Part shown: positions 38,987 through 49,933 of the stretch, piece by piece
How the letters are laid out: every line of letters begins with the position of its first letter
How positions within the stretch are numbered: position 1 is the first letter of the stretch
Source of the DNA: Verrucomicrobiota bacterium
GTDB lineage: Bacteria; Verrucomicrobiota; Verrucomicrobiia; Limisphaerales; JAJOIW01
Assembly: GCA_021209225.1 (NCBI GenBank)
Contig: JAJOIW010000057.1
Location: 1,520-65,519, forward strand
Direction of reading: 5' to 3'
Length of the DNA stretch: 64,000 nt
Position numbers and translations under genes: made by a program
Notes under the pieces: model-generated
What the model was told of the DNA's origin: nothing
Seen by the model: the letters and a program-made list of their open reading frames with translations, nothing else
Database searches by the model: none

Positions 38987-41900
38987 ACTGGTTGGATTTG
39001 GATTCGGATGGGGATGGCATTCCCGATCGGGTTGAGCAATTTGCCAACCCATCGCTTGGAGACGCTGGGACGCAATTTGGAAGTGCCTTTTTAAATCCCG
39101 ATACGGATAAGGATGGAGTGTACGACACAGCAGAAGCGGGATCCGATTTGCTTAAACCAAAGGATTCTGACAGAGATGGCATCCCCGATTTTATTGATCT
39201 GGATAACAATAATGATGGAAGAGTGGACGGCCCCACAAATGTGTTCACTGGACGGGTGCTGGGGTCCGAATTCAACAATACGCAGTCGTTCAATGTCGTC
39301 AGCAAACACTGGATCCGATCTTATTCGGAAATCGCATATGGCACTGGGGTGACTCCTCAAAATTCAAACGGGGGATTCCTTGTGCTGGGTGGGGTAGATC
39401 AATCAGGTGTCACGAATGCGAAGAATAGAGGGGATTATATACAATTCAGTTTCACGACCGAGACATTGTCGGATCAAGCTCCGGAAAAACTCTGGATTTC
39501 AGGGATTCAGATTTCCGGTAAGTCAGGAGATACATTTCAGCTGGCAATGGAAGTGGACAGAAGTCCAACTTTCACCAGTGCTTCCCGCACCATTCAGGAT
39601 CGTCGTATACAAGGATCAGGGCAAAACAGTATCCCATTCGATCCCGGTTACGCCATTGAACCAGGAAAAACATATTTTGTCCGGATTTATTTGTATTCAC
39701 TGGTTGATGGAAATGGGAATGGATCTGTGGAGATAGACAATTTATACGTGGATTTCAAGGCTCAATATCCATTGAGGTTGAGCAGTGAACCTGTGGTTGA
39801 TCCTGAGCCAAAGGATATTATTGAAATTCCAGTGATCATCCGTGACGTGCATGCAAGTCACCCGAACTTTGAAGAAGGTGCCACCGGGTTGGTCACGGGA
39901 ATCGTGCGGAATGAACTCGCATCCTATGGAAAACCAGTATGGAACGGCGACCTGATTGCTTCAGTGGACCCCACACTCACCAATGAAAAGGATTTCAATC
40001 AATGGTGGAATGACACACCTGGATTAAGCAAAACTGTCGATCCATCCCAAATTATTGCAGGAGATGCCAAAGGCGGAAAGCTGGTGCTTAAAAGCAATGG
40101 GGATGGAACATATAGTTTCGAGGATACCAATTTCTTTCCATTGCATAAGGATAGTGTGGTTCCAGGATCGACACTCGAGCCCTACCGCGACAACAACTAC
40201 CATTTCACCATGGAGATTCATAACCAGTTCACCTATAAGAAAGGATTAATATTCACTTTCCGTGGGGATGATGATGTATGGGTTTTTATAGATCATAAGC
40301 TCGTTGTGGACATTGGTGGTGTTCATGGTCCAATCACAAAATCCATTGATTTGGACAGTTTGGGTCTTGTCGAGGGAAGGACGTATGCATTTGACATGTT
40401 TTTCTGTGAGCGCCAGACAGTGGGATCCAACTTTTTAATGACGACGTCATTGGTTTTCAGCGAAGCCCCGCAGGACCTCACAGACACCGATGGTGATGGG
40501 GTGATTGATTCCTTGGATCTGGATGATGATAACGACGGCATTCTGGATGTGATTGAAAGTGGAGGAAGCGGCAGCAGTCATCCAGTTGCGCTCATCAATG
40601 GATCCTTTGAGTATCCCAATATCAATGACAGATGGGATAGTGGATTTGAAAATGTCTCCGGATCCAAAGGGACAGCCAGTGTCATGGAGCACTTCGATAG
40701 TGTGGAAGGATGGTACGCTGAATCATCCAATAATCTTATTGAAGTGTGGCAAAGCGGGCACAATGGAGTTAATAGTTATGAAGGTAACCAGCATGCTGAA
40801 ATCAATGCATCAGCTAACGGGGCATTGTACCAGGATGTGGTGACGGAACCGGGCTCCGCGATGATCTGGAACCTGGCTCACCGGGGACGTGATGGTCAGG
40901 ATACCATGGATTTATATATTTATGGAGCAGGCCAGACTGAGAGAAAAATAGCCACATATTCCACGGCATCATCGAATTGGGTGGTTTATCAGGGGGACTA
41001 CATAGTTCCTGCCGGGCAGACACTCACGCGATTCGAATTAAGAGCCTCACAATCCTCCTCTGCTAATCTGACATCTGGAAATCTGGTGGACGCCATACGA
41101 TTTTATCCTAAAAAAGAAAAGCTGCTCGATAGTGATGGCGATGGAATCCCGAATTCCAAGGACCTCGATTCTGATGGGGATGGCATTCCTGACAATATTG
41201 AAGCACAATCCACACACGCATACCGTGTGCCCACTGGGACAGTGGATCGATTCGGGATCGACATTGCCTATGCAGGTGGTCTGATACCTTTGAGCAGTGC
41301 CGGTTCAGATATTCCAGACTACCTGAATCTGGACTCGGACGGAGATGGACGCAAAGATGCTGAAGAAAGTGGATTCACTCTTTTGGGCCAGATCGGACTT
41401 AACGGACTGGATAATGGGGTCGAGTCACAGGATGACTATTCGGATGTGAATGGGAATGTGAATTCATTCGCGAGCCTGTCCGATGAGAATAATAATTTGA
41501 ATTCTGGTGGGGATGTGGATTTCCGCGAACGTTTTTATGTGAACGAAGCTGGTCAGGTGACCTTTCTCAATAGTGATGGAGCCTGTGTTTCAGGCAAAGG
41601 CAGTGCAGGTGTTCCTCAGTTGCGTCGTTTCCACGTGCCAGCTGGATCGAACCGGGCCATTCTCATTATATCCAATTTTGAAAGGGATCATTGCCATCCA
41701 GGGGATGATTGCAATTCGAAGTCCTCATCTGATTTGGCTGACAACTTTGCGGCGCCTGGATTCCGGCAAGCTCATTATCAAATAGCGACGAGGTTGACTG
41801 GAGATGGCGGCATTGTGGAAAGAAAAAACCCACTGGCCATGCCGGACGGTGACTTGCGATACCTTTGGGCGGCATCCTTTGTCACAGATACCGAGATATC

Positions 41901-44043
41901 CAAAACCACTAAGTTCTCTGAAGAGTCGTACCATGTCGCCTTTTATGAGGAGGAGATCGACTTCTTATTGGGAGGTAAAAGTTCTGGATACATCATGGTT
42001 TCATTGCCTGACGTCAACATTCCCACCAATGATGGAGATGAGGCCTGTATTACTGCATTTGTGTTTGACAATGTTGAGCAGAACGCATCCGGGATCACCA
42101 GATCCGGAACGTCCACTCATAATTTCCTGGCCTCCTCGACAGCTGGAAATTTTCAGCTTTCATCCAACTCACTGGATGAGGGTCAGCAGCCGGATGAGCC
42201 ATTTGACGGATTTTTAATCGTGGGCCATTCGTATACTGGTCTCCCAACTCATACAGCAGGATTCAGTGAATCCCCTGGGTTTAAAATCGTGGCCAATGCC
42301 ACCACAACCAATGGCCAGGGCAGGACAAGTGGCGGGGGAGAACCGGATGGAATCAGTATCACCGCTCAGTTCCGAAGTGGTCCAACGGAGGGAGTGATCA
42401 ATGCATTTTCCATGCAATCGCTCATTCCCGGCAATATACAAGTGCGTGGTGGGATGGCTGCCGCCTTCACTATTGAATCGGTGAGTTCGAGCAACACCGG
42501 CGGCAGCGGGCTGGATGTGGATCCGTTTGATTTGACTGAGATACCTCGGGACGGACGCTCTTATCTGGTTCAGAACCGGCCTGCTGACCTGTATACTGTC
42601 AATTTATTAACGGGTGAGACACGTTTGTTAGTGGATGATGTCTGGCCTGAGCAATTAAATGCTGGCGGATTCAATGAAATGGATGGTGCACTCTGGTTTT
42701 ATCCGAATGATGTGGACAACACCCCGAATCTGGTCCGCATTGGTGGATCCTTTCAGGCTGAATTAGTCGAGATTGATGGATTGGACAGCATCACTGGAAC
42801 AAATTTCTTCACCGGTGATGTCGATGGCCAGGGACGTCTAGTCATGGCTGGCAATGGTGGTTCGGGTGCCTGGGTGGTCGTTGATCTGAATCCATCCTCC
42901 GCCGATTACCTCTCGGTAATCCGCGAATTTTCACCTAACCCGTCCGCATCCGGATTTGCCGATATGTCCTTCAATCCGATTGACGGCAAAGTCTATGCAG
43001 TTGCCAGCAACCTCAATTTTTTCCGGGTCGATATTGACACTGGAGCAAGCCAGTTGCTCGGTAAGCTCACCGGTCCACTGACTGGAACCTATGGGGGACA
43101 GTTTTTTGATGATAAAGGGAATATTTATTTCTCTCACAATACCACAGGAAACATATATAGAATCCGCGAAACTCACAATCTTGTTGTGGGCCAACCCATA
43201 GTTGCCAACCTTTTCACCGTTGGGCCAAAATCCGGATTGAATGATGGGGCTCGATCAGCCTTTACCCCCATCCAGGGAACGGGAGACAATGATGAGGACA
43301 ACAGTCTGGGAAATGTGGATGTCGATGACTATTCCAATGGTGGAGGTGCTGGATTCAATCCTGCCACGGAAACATTTCAACTCACTGATGAGGATCCAGT
43401 TCTGGAACCAGGTTTCCAGAGCATTCTGCGGGAGGCATCCATCTGGTTGGACGCATTGGATATCTATGGTAATGGCACAGTTCCACCGAATGGGACACAG
43501 CTGCGGGATTGGAAAGATCTCACGATCAATAAAAACCATGCGGCACAAAATAATGCTGCGGGATATCCAGTCTATATAGATTCCAGACAAGCAGTTCAGT
43601 TCAACGGAAATTCATACATGATTGTTCAGGATGCTCCCAGCCTGGATATCAGCAAGGGAATCACCCTCCTCTATGTGGGCGCTCCGACCATTGGTGCCGA
43701 AAGCACTCTGGTTCAAAAAGGCATCAATAATGGATGGAGTGCCCGGTGGAATGCAAATGGACGATCATCCACATTGATTCATGATGGATCCAGATCGCTG
43801 AATTTCTCAAGCAGTTCAAGCATCACGTCCACCAGCGGGGCGCGTGGAGTATATACACTGCGTACTGACGGTACCGTCCTGGAGATGGGATTGAACGGGT
43901 ACCAGGAAATCCAGTCGACTGGCTTGAATGGAATAAGAAATGTATCTGGAAGTGTCATGGAGATTGGACGCCTGACCACAAACAGTCAGTATTTCCAGGG
44001 TGATTTAAACGAAATTTGTCCTGTTCAACCGGTATTTGTCTGA
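38983..44043 (+). CDS. giant surface protein A, segment 2: TSP3-like repeats, fibro-slime/PA14 domain, DUF642-like jelly roll, unknown module, propeller-like domain, LamG
   Basis: [12 protein letters not shown]...[23 protein letters not shown]...FFCERQT; [10 protein letters not shown]...[10 protein letters not shown]; DSDGDGIPD repeats; a LamG module at the 3' end. Confidence 0.8.
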   Translation: MNWLDLDSDGDGIPDRVEQFANPSLGDAGTQFGSAFLNPDTDKDGVYDTAEAGSDLLKPKDSDRDGIPDFIDLDNNNDGRVDGPTNVFTGRVLGSEFNNTQSFNVVSKHWIRSYSEIAYGTGVTPQNSNGGFLVLGGVDQSGVTNAKNRGDYIQFSFTTETLSDQAPEKLWISGIQISGKSGDTFQLAMEVDRSPTFTSASRTIQDRRIQGSGQNSIPFDPGYAIEPGKTYFVRIYLYSLVDGNGNGSVEIDNLYVDFKAQYPLRLSSEPVVDPEPKDIIEIPVIIRDVHASHPNFEEGATGLVTGIVRNELASYGKPVWNGDLIASVDPTLTNEKDFNQWWNDTPGLSKTVDPSQIIAGDAKGGKLVLKSNGDGTYSFEDTNFFPLHKDSVVPGSTLEPYRDNNYHFTMEIHNQFTYKKGLIFTFRGDDDVWVFIDHKLVVDIGGVHGPITKSIDLDSLGLVEGRTYAFDMFFCERQTVGSNFLMTTSLVFSEAPQDLTDTDGDGVIDSLDLDDDNDGILDVIESGGSGSSHPVALINGSFEYPNINDRWDSGFENVSGSKGTASVMEHFDSVEGWYAESSNNLIEVWQSGHNGVNSYEGNQHAEINASANGALYQDVVTEPGSAMIWNLAHRGRDGQDTMDLYIYGAGQTERKIATYSTASSNWVVYQGDYIVPAGQTLTRFELRASQSSSANLTSGNLVDAIRFYPKKEKLLDSDGDGIPNSKDLDSDGDGIPDNIEAQSTHAYRVPTGTVDRFGIDIAYAGGLIPLSSAGSDIPDYLNLDSDGDGRKDAEESGFTLLGQIGLNGLDNGVESQDDYSDVNGNVNSFASLSDENNNLNSGGDVDFRERFYVNEAGQVTFLNSDGACVSGKGSAGVPQLRRFHVPAGSNRAILIISNFERDHCHPGDDCNSKSSSDLADNFAAPGFRQAHYQIATRLTGDGGIVERKNPLAMPDGDLRYLWAASFVTDTEISKTTKFSEESYHVAFYEEEIDFLLGGKSSGYIMVSLPDVNIPTNDGDEACITAFVFDNVEQNASGITRSGTSTHNFLASSTAGNFQLSSNSLDEGQQPDEPFDGFLIVGHSYTGLPTHTAGFSESPGFKIVANATTTNGQGRTSGGGEPDGISITAQFRSGPTEGVINAFSMQSLIPGNIQVRGGMAAAFTIESVSSSNTGGSGLDVDPFDLTEIPRDGRSYLVQNRPADLYTVNLLTGETRLLVDDVWPEQLNAGGFNEMDGALWFYPNDVDNTPNLVRIGGSFQAELVEIDGLDSITGTNFFTGDVDGQGRLVMAGNGGSGAWVVVDLNPSSADYLSVIREFSPNPSASGFADMSFNPIDGKVYAVASNLNFFRVDIDTGASQLLGKLTGPLTGTYGGQFFDDKGNIYFSHNTTGNIYRIRETHNLVVGQPIVANLFTVGPKSGLNDGARSAFTPIQGTGDNDEDNSLGNVDVDDYSNGGGAGFNPATETFQLTDEDPVLEPGFQSILREASIWLDALDIYGNGTVPPNGTQLRDWKDLTINKNHAAQNNAAGYPVYIDSRQAVQFNGNSYMIVQDAPSLDISKGITLLYVGAPTIGAESTLVQKGINNGWSARWNANGRSSTLIHDGSRSLNFSSSSSITSTSGARGVYTLRTDGTVLEMGLNGYQEIQSTGLNGIRNVSGSVMEIGRLTTNSQYFQGDLNEICPVQPVFV

Positions 44044-47000
44044 TGCTGAATTGCAGAGAGTCGAGGAATATCTGGCCGAGAAATGGGAAGTGGATGAGAA
44101 GGTTGAGGACGAGATGGATGAACTGCTTCGAAGCGCCTCTCTCTGGTTGGATGCCTCGTATGTGACAGGCAGCACGAACGACCCGGTGGACGGTTCCAGT
44201 GTGTCCAACTGGGATGACCTGACCATTCATGACAATGATGCGTTGCAATCAACCTCCAGCCGCAGGCCTGTATATAGGAAATCTGGTGGAGAAAGAGTTG
44301 AATTCAACGGTTCCCAGTTTTTGGAGGTGGCTGATGATGAATCACTGGATCCGACTTTGGGGATAACCCTGTTTTATGTGGCCAAGCCAACCTTGTCGGG
44401 AACACATGGCATCGCCTCGGTGGGAGGCAGTTCGAGCTGGAGTCATCACCTGACCAGCAATGGTCGATTGAGTGCCCAGCTGAATGATGGCTCCGGAGCA
44501 GTCACTTTGACATCTTCAGCTGACATGCGGGCGGTCAGCGGTGAACGTTCAATTTTTGGGCTGCGCCTGAGTGGGCCAAAAATGGAATTCATGCTGAATG
44601 GAAACCATGAATCCAGCAGCACAGACCGAGGATCAATCCGAAATACCACGGATAAATTGTATGTGGGCTCATTGGGAACATCCTCGATTTTTGCAGGCGA
44701 GTTCCTGGAGTATATACTCTATAACCGGGCGCTGACCGACCTTGAAGTGCAGCGTGTGGAGACATATCTGGCTGAGAAGTGGGATATCCAAGAGAGTCTG
44801 CCTGAAGATCATCCAGCGTCGGTTCTGCCCCCCATCGTGGACAGTAATGTCGGATCGGTCTGGAAAAATGATCCAATCGATCTGACCGAAGATTTCTACA
44901 TCAGTACCGAACTCTATTTCGGTGATAATGATGATGGTCAGGGCGGAATCACTATAACATTGCAGAATTCGGTTGATGGACCAGATGCGCTCGGTGGAGA
45001 TGCGGATAATCTCGGAGCGGTCACCCCAGGTTTTGGTATTTACTTCAAAACAGACAGTGATCCTTTGGACCCGGCATACGATCACGTGGGATTTTATGAG
45101 AATGGAGTCATTGTTCCAGTCGGTCCTGATCCAGTCCGTATCGACCCCGACAATGATAATGTCGAAGACGGAAGCTGGCACAAGATCGAGATTGAATGGG
45201 ATGCCAGTGAGCAGGTTTTAAAAGTGTATTACGATGGCGAAGTGATTCAGGAAATTCAAAGGGATATTGTCGAAACCGCGCTGGGAGGCAATCCTGAGGT
45301 CTTTATTGGCTTCACTGCGGCGACCAATCCCAATCAGCCCAATTCCTATGGGGCCAAGATCAATGAAGTGAAGTCCCCGGATCCTGATTCAGGTCGGTAT
45401 ACATTGTCCACCCGATCCATAGGAAGTGAGGAACTGTCCGCGCTGGGATCCTTGATCGATCCCACAGTGAAAATTGAATCGACACCTGCCAATGCGCCAT
45501 TGGACGGGGCCATAGTTCTATTCCGGTCGGCTTTTAATGCTGCGACCGAGACATTGGGAATTCGTGGTCAGTCAGGCACATCCGGCACTGTCAATGGATT
45601 GAACTGGAAATATGATTCCTCCCTTGGTGGATTGGTTCTCACGGGAGAAGCTCCGGTAGAGACATACCAGGCGGCCTTGCGCACAGCAGCCTACTTTAAT
45701 TCTCAGTTTGGCACCTCATCTGGTGTGACTCATGAATTCAGCATTTCGCTCGGCAGGGCCTATCCATACACCGGCCCCAACGGGAGTTTTGATGTTCCCC
45801 ATTTTTATATGGTTTATGACCGGCCGGATTCTCTGAGTTGGATCGAAGCTAAGAAGCTGGCAGAGACAAGATATTACCTCGGATATCAGGGGTATCTTGG
45901 TACCGTCACCTCAGCCGAAGAACAATCAATCATGCATTCGCTTCTCAATGGCAATCCAGCCTGGTTGGGGGCGAGTGATGCCGAACGTGACAAGGAATGG
46001 CGATGGGTCACAGGACCCGAATCCTTTGATGATTCCCAAAAAGGCAGATTATTCTTCATTCAGAACGGTCTTCCCGGCCAAACCGGCCTCGGCGCGATTG
46101 GAGGCTTTGCATACCAGGGTCAATTTTCCAACTGGTCTTTACTTTCCCCGGACAATAACGTCCTCAACGCCCCTGAAAATTATGCATTCATGGATTCCAA
46201 TGGCTTCTGGGATGACCGGGAACTATATGGCAATGACAATATCCATCATTATATTGTCGAGTTTGGCGGGCTCAAAGGGGAGCTTAAGAATAGTGTATAT
46301 AGTGAGTTGGTAGTCAATTTTGGCCGGGCTGATTCTGATGGGGATGGGATTCCGGATGCGGAGGACCTATGTCCGGGAACTGCCAGCGGAGTGGAAGTGG
46401 ACTTGGTCGGTTGTGGGCTTCCATCGTTCATGGCAAACGATGTATTCGGAATCATGGAGACAGCCATTCCTCTGGATATCAGGCCCGGGCAGCATCATTC
46501 AACCAACAGCTACCGGATTATAGGACTTCCGGACGGGGCAGTTTTATCACATGGATTCCAGACCCGCTCAGGATTCTGGATCGTGCCTGCATCTGACATT
46601 GGCAGCGTGGCCGTGATCCCACCGAAAGGTTACTTTGGGGTCAAGAATCTCAGAGTGGCCCAACCTGGTGCCAATCAGCTCACCCTATTGAACGGTGGAA
46701 CATTTGGCCAAGGAGTGGCTGGAGTCGGTGGAAATCAGCTCCAAGGTTATACGGACTATTCCTTCAATGCCTCGGTCATACTTCCACCTGGAAGTTCTCA
46801 GTATACCGTCACGCAGACCACACCCTGGCTGGGCAAAGCCATCATCAATGACAGGACCTCTCCAGGCAGTGGATATTTCGGGGTATTCAATCTCAACAAT
46901 GAGGACAATATCCTGACATATACATTTCCGAAGATGAAAAGTGGAGCGCTGTATGAATTCACATTCTGGATGGCGAATATCAATAATACCCTTACCGGGT

Positions 47001-49933
47001 TGCTGGATCCACTGAAAATTGGAATCAGCCGGGTGGACAATGCAACACCGGTCCAATTGTATAATACTGCAAGTATTTATGGTCTTGATATCAATTCGAT
47101 TGACCCACAGAAACGCTGGCAGCAGCACGGATTCATTCTTCAGAATGACAATCGCACTGTCGCCACTTTATCCATAGACAATCTGAGTGGAGGTATTTTA
47201 TCGAACCTGGCAGCGTTAGACGATTTGACATTCAGCCGGTTGATTGTGGATGACATGCAATTGACTGTGCTCGGTCCGGAAATTTCTTCTCAGGATTCTT
47301 TGGGTTTCAATAATCAGTTGATCCCGATTATTATTGAGAAAAGCGATATCCAGTCGGCACGTCCGTTCCTCGTCAAAGGCGTGCCGGTTGGAGCCGAACT
47401 TTCTCACGGAAAGCAACTGGATGAAACCACATGGATTGTTGGAGCGTCGGCGATTTCTCAGTTGATGATTCTCCCGCCTGCCGGATTCGAAGGAACCATA
47501 GATCTTGAAATTGCCCAGTTTGGATCCAACCTCTCGGTGACGGGACGCGATCTTGCTGAAGTGAATAACATTGAGCTGGGAGGAAGTGGAGACTTTGATG
47601 AATCGCGGGACCTGGTGCCGAGAATTGTTGAAGCATTTGATCCGGATCAAACTCCCATAGTCGTGGATTACAGTGCAGCCAATTCTCCCGAAGTGAATAA
47701 AGTCATAGTCGATGCGGTTCAGGCAATATACAAACTGAATCAAGCAGCCCACATGACCTCCAGCTATAAAGTGACTCATAAATACGTGCATACGGGGAAT
47801 CAGTGGCCCTATTCAGGATCTGTGACATTCAATGCTACGGATAAAAGATCCATATTGAAATCCAAGTTGGAGGCTGAATTGGATAATATATATGTGCAGT
47901 TGGATTCTTACATGGCGACGGTCAATGGGATTCTGCCTGCGAACTGGCCATTGACTGTGCCTGACTTGTCTTCATCCTTCTGGGCGCCATCCAATGGTCG
48001 ACTTGTCATTGAGACGGTGATTGCAGGATTGATCCCAAACTCCATCACAGGTATCCGACCCGCCGGCTTACCGTATACGCGCATGACTGGAGCACATTCC
48101 GTCACTAATTTCATGGAAACTGTAGCGGTGGATGCCGGGACCAATTATGTATTGTCCTTTTCCACTCAGAATACTGGAGCGAGTGAGAATGTGAGTGTCA
48201 CCGGGAGCATCAATGGGGTGGACCTGATCCATTCTGCTTCAGTTTTCAATGATGGTGACTGGTATACACTGATAGTTGAATGGTATTCCGATGTTGCCAC
48301 CAGTGCCGAAATCCAGATAGTTTCATCTGGAGCTGTTGGATTTGAGACAGATTTCACCTTGGGTGATTTAGAGCTTGCCCAGCAGATTTCCGCCGACGTC
48401 ACCGTCGAGGTTTTATCCAGTGACTTAATCCCACCTGTGGCCACATCCACAGTGATTCAGATATCTTCAACTGATCCAATCTCCATCAACACAGTCAATC
48501 TCGCGTTTGACAATCTGAATGAACTGGATCCTGAAACGGTGAATATCGTCTCATCCCCATCTCATGGCATTGTAATAGTCCATCCATCAACCGGTGAACT
48601 GACTTATTATCCATCCGGCGAACCTGTGGACGACCAGATTCAATACGTCATCGCCGATGAGGATGGAAACATCTCGAATGTCGGAACTATTTATATTGCA
48701 AAAATTATCAACGAGTCCGCTCCGCCGGACCTGATCGGATATTGGAATTTTGACGAATCCTCCGGGCTCACCGCACAGGATTCGTCCAGCTATAAAAATG
48801 ATGGACAACTCCGGAATTTCTCAGATGGCAGCGCGCAGTGGGTCACCGGACAAATAGGAAACAGCCTCGAATTTGGTGGTCCCGCCACCCAACAATATGT
48901 GATTGTTCCCGACTATCCACAGGTCACCACTCAAATGTCAGTGAGCGCCTGGGTTTGGGCTGCCACCTATGAAAATTACGGAACCATTATCAAGAACTGG
49001 GGAGAAGGAACTACCGGCCAATTTCATTTTGACCTGGGTCCCAATGGCAACCTGGCTACCTTCACGCTGGGGCAGCCGGACAGCACTCCCCCATTGGAAC
49101 CAGTCAGCTATCGACCCGGGGAAGGAGGAAGCATTGTCAAACTCGGGGGAATCCGCACAAATCCTGGCAAAGGTGGTGTGGTGGTCGATCTGATCAACCC
49201 TGTCCCATTGAGTGCCTGGCAACATTTTGCCATGGTAGCCGATGGAACCCACGTGATCCTCTACCACAATGGTTCTCAGATAGAGAAAAAACCATACAAT
49301 GGCAAATTCAATACTGCCAATGTGAGCGCTTTGGGTATTGGTGCCAAGTTGGACGATTTTGCATCCGGTGCCGCTTTTGAAGTTCCAGGATTCCTGGATG
49401 GAAGGCTCGATGACCTGGCACTTTGGAGTCGCGGACTGGCCCCATCCGAGATTGTTCAAATATACAACAATGGATTAGCTGGAATTCCTGTGCTTGAAGC
49501 GAACAGTTCGGCGCAAGCCCCAACGATCACCCGTCACCCTGAATCGATTGAGGTCTCACAGGACGGCGCATTCAGTTTAGGCGTTGGATTTGATGGATCC
49601 TCTCCATTATTGGTTCAATGGTTCAAGGATGGGTATCCGATTTTAGGAGCCACCGGGACAACCTACTCAGTCGAATCAGCGCGCGCCAGTGATGCAGGTG
49701 AGTACTCTGTTCGGGTGAACAATGCTGCAGGCAATGTAGTTTCCTCCATCGCTGTTGTGGATGTCCTGAAAATAGATCAGTTAAGAAACGACCTGGTTGG
49801 CTATTGGAGATTCGATGCGGCTGATGGGACGATTTCTGTGGACGATTCCGGCTCGGATCATCCAGCCAGAATTGTTGCTCCAGGTGGCACTCCACAGTGG
49901 GTCCCGGCAGTTTGGGAATGCTGTAGATTTTGA
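44036..49933 (+). CDS. giant surface protein A, segment 3: LamG, L-lectin-like domain, C-type lectin, GxPxGAxLSHG modules, jelly roll, LamG, Ig-like
   Basis: TTG 'start' only; the frame continues the LamG of segment 2. LSWIEAKKLAE...AWLGASDAERDKEWRWVTG is a C-type lectin. Also DLIGYWNFDESSG...DDLALWSRGL (LamG) and VQWFKDG...GEYSVRVNN (Ig). Confidence 0.8.
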   Translation: MSDAELQRVEEYLAEKWEVDEKVEDEMDELLRSASLWLDASYVTGSTNDPVDGSSVSNWDDLTIHDNDALQSTSSRRPVYRKSGGERVEFNGSQFLEVADDESLDPTLGITLFYVAKPTLSGTHGIASVGGSSSWSHHLTSNGRLSAQLNDGSGAVTLTSSADMRAVSGERSIFGLRLSGPKMEFMLNGNHESSSTDRGSIRNTTDKLYVGSLGTSSIFAGEFLEYILYNRALTDLEVQRVETYLAEKWDIQESLPEDHPASVLPPIVDSNVGSVWKNDPIDLTEDFYISTELYFGDNDDGQGGITITLQNSVDGPDALGGDADNLGAVTPGFGIYFKTDSDPLDPAYDHVGFYENGVIVPVGPDPVRIDPDNDNVEDGSWHKIEIEWDASEQVLKVYYDGEVIQEIQRDIVETALGGNPEVFIGFTAATNPNQPNSYGAKINEVKSPDPDSGRYTLSTRSIGSEELSALGSLIDPTVKIESTPANAPLDGAIVLFRSAFNAATETLGIRGQSGTSGTVNGLNWKYDSSLGGLVLTGEAPVETYQAALRTAAYFNSQFGTSSGVTHEFSISLGRAYPYTGPNGSFDVPHFYMVYDRPDSLSWIEAKKLAETRYYLGYQGYLGTVTSAEEQSIMHSLLNGNPAWLGASDAERDKEWRWVTGPESFDDSQKGRLFFIQNGLPGQTGLGAIGGFAYQGQFSNWSLLSPDNNVLNAPENYAFMDSNGFWDDRELYGNDNIHHYIVEFGGLKGELKNSVYSELVVNFGRADSDGDGIPDAEDLCPGTASGVEVDLVGCGLPSFMANDVFGIMETAIPLDIRPGQHHSTNSYRIIGLPDGAVLSHGFQTRSGFWIVPASDIGSVAVIPPKGYFGVKNLRVAQPGANQLTLLNGGTFGQGVAGVGGNQLQGYTDYSFNASVILPPGSSQYTVTQTTPWLGKAIINDRTSPGSGYFGVFNLNNEDNILTYTFPKMKSGALYEFTFWMANINNTLTGLLDPLKIGISRVDNATPVQLYNTASIYGLDINSIDPQKRWQQHGFILQNDNRTVATLSIDNLSGGILSNLAALDDLTFSRLIVDDMQLTVLGPEISSQDSLGFNNQLIPIIIEKSDIQSARPFLVKGVPVGAELSHGKQLDETTWIVGASAISQLMILPPAGFEGTIDLEIAQFGSNLSVTGRDLAEVNNIELGGSGDFDESRDLVPRIVEAFDPDQTPIVVDYSAANSPEVNKVIVDAVQAIYKLNQAAHMTSSYKVTHKYVHTGNQWPYSGSVTFNATDKRSILKSKLEAELDNIYVQLDSYMATVNGILPANWPLTVPDLSSSFWAPSNGRLVIETVIAGLIPNSITGIRPAGLPYTRMTGAHSVTNFMETVAVDAGTNYVLSFSTQNTGASENVSVTGSINGVDLIHSASVFNDGDWYTLIVEWYSDVATSAEIQIVSSGAVGFETDFTLGDLELAQQISADVTVEVLSSDLIPPVATSTVIQISSTDPISINTVNLAFDNLNELDPETVNIVSSPSHGIVIVHPSTGELTYYPSGEPVDDQIQYVIADEDGNISNVGTIYIAKIINESAPPDLIGYWNFDESSGLTAQDSSSYKNDGQLRNFSDGSAQWVTGQIGNSLEFGGPATQQYVIVPDYPQVTTQMSVSAWVWAATYENYGTIIKNWGEGTTGQFHFDLGPNGNLATFTLGQPDSTPPLEPVSYRPGEGGSIVKLGGIRTNPGKGGVVVDLINPVPLSAWQHFAMVADGTHVILYHNGSQIEKKPYNGKFNTANVSALGIGAKLDDFASGAAFEVPGFLDGRLDDLALWSRGLAPSEIVQIYNNGLAGIPVLEANSSAQAPTITRHPESIEVSQDGAFSLGVGFDGSSPLLVQWFKDGYPILGATGTTYSVESARASDAGEYSVRVNNAAGNVVSSIAVVDVLKIDQLRNDLVGYWRFDAADGTISVDDSGSDHPARIVAPGGTPQWVPAVWECCRF

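Noticed and set aside
45800-46275. Possible diversity-generating retroelement (DGR) target, because C-type lectin folds are the classic DGR variable-protein scaffold.
   Set aside because: There is no reverse transcriptase, no accessory gene and no template/variable repeat pair that I could see. The domain is internal and of the canonical Lectin_C type, not a C-terminal FGE-like CLec.
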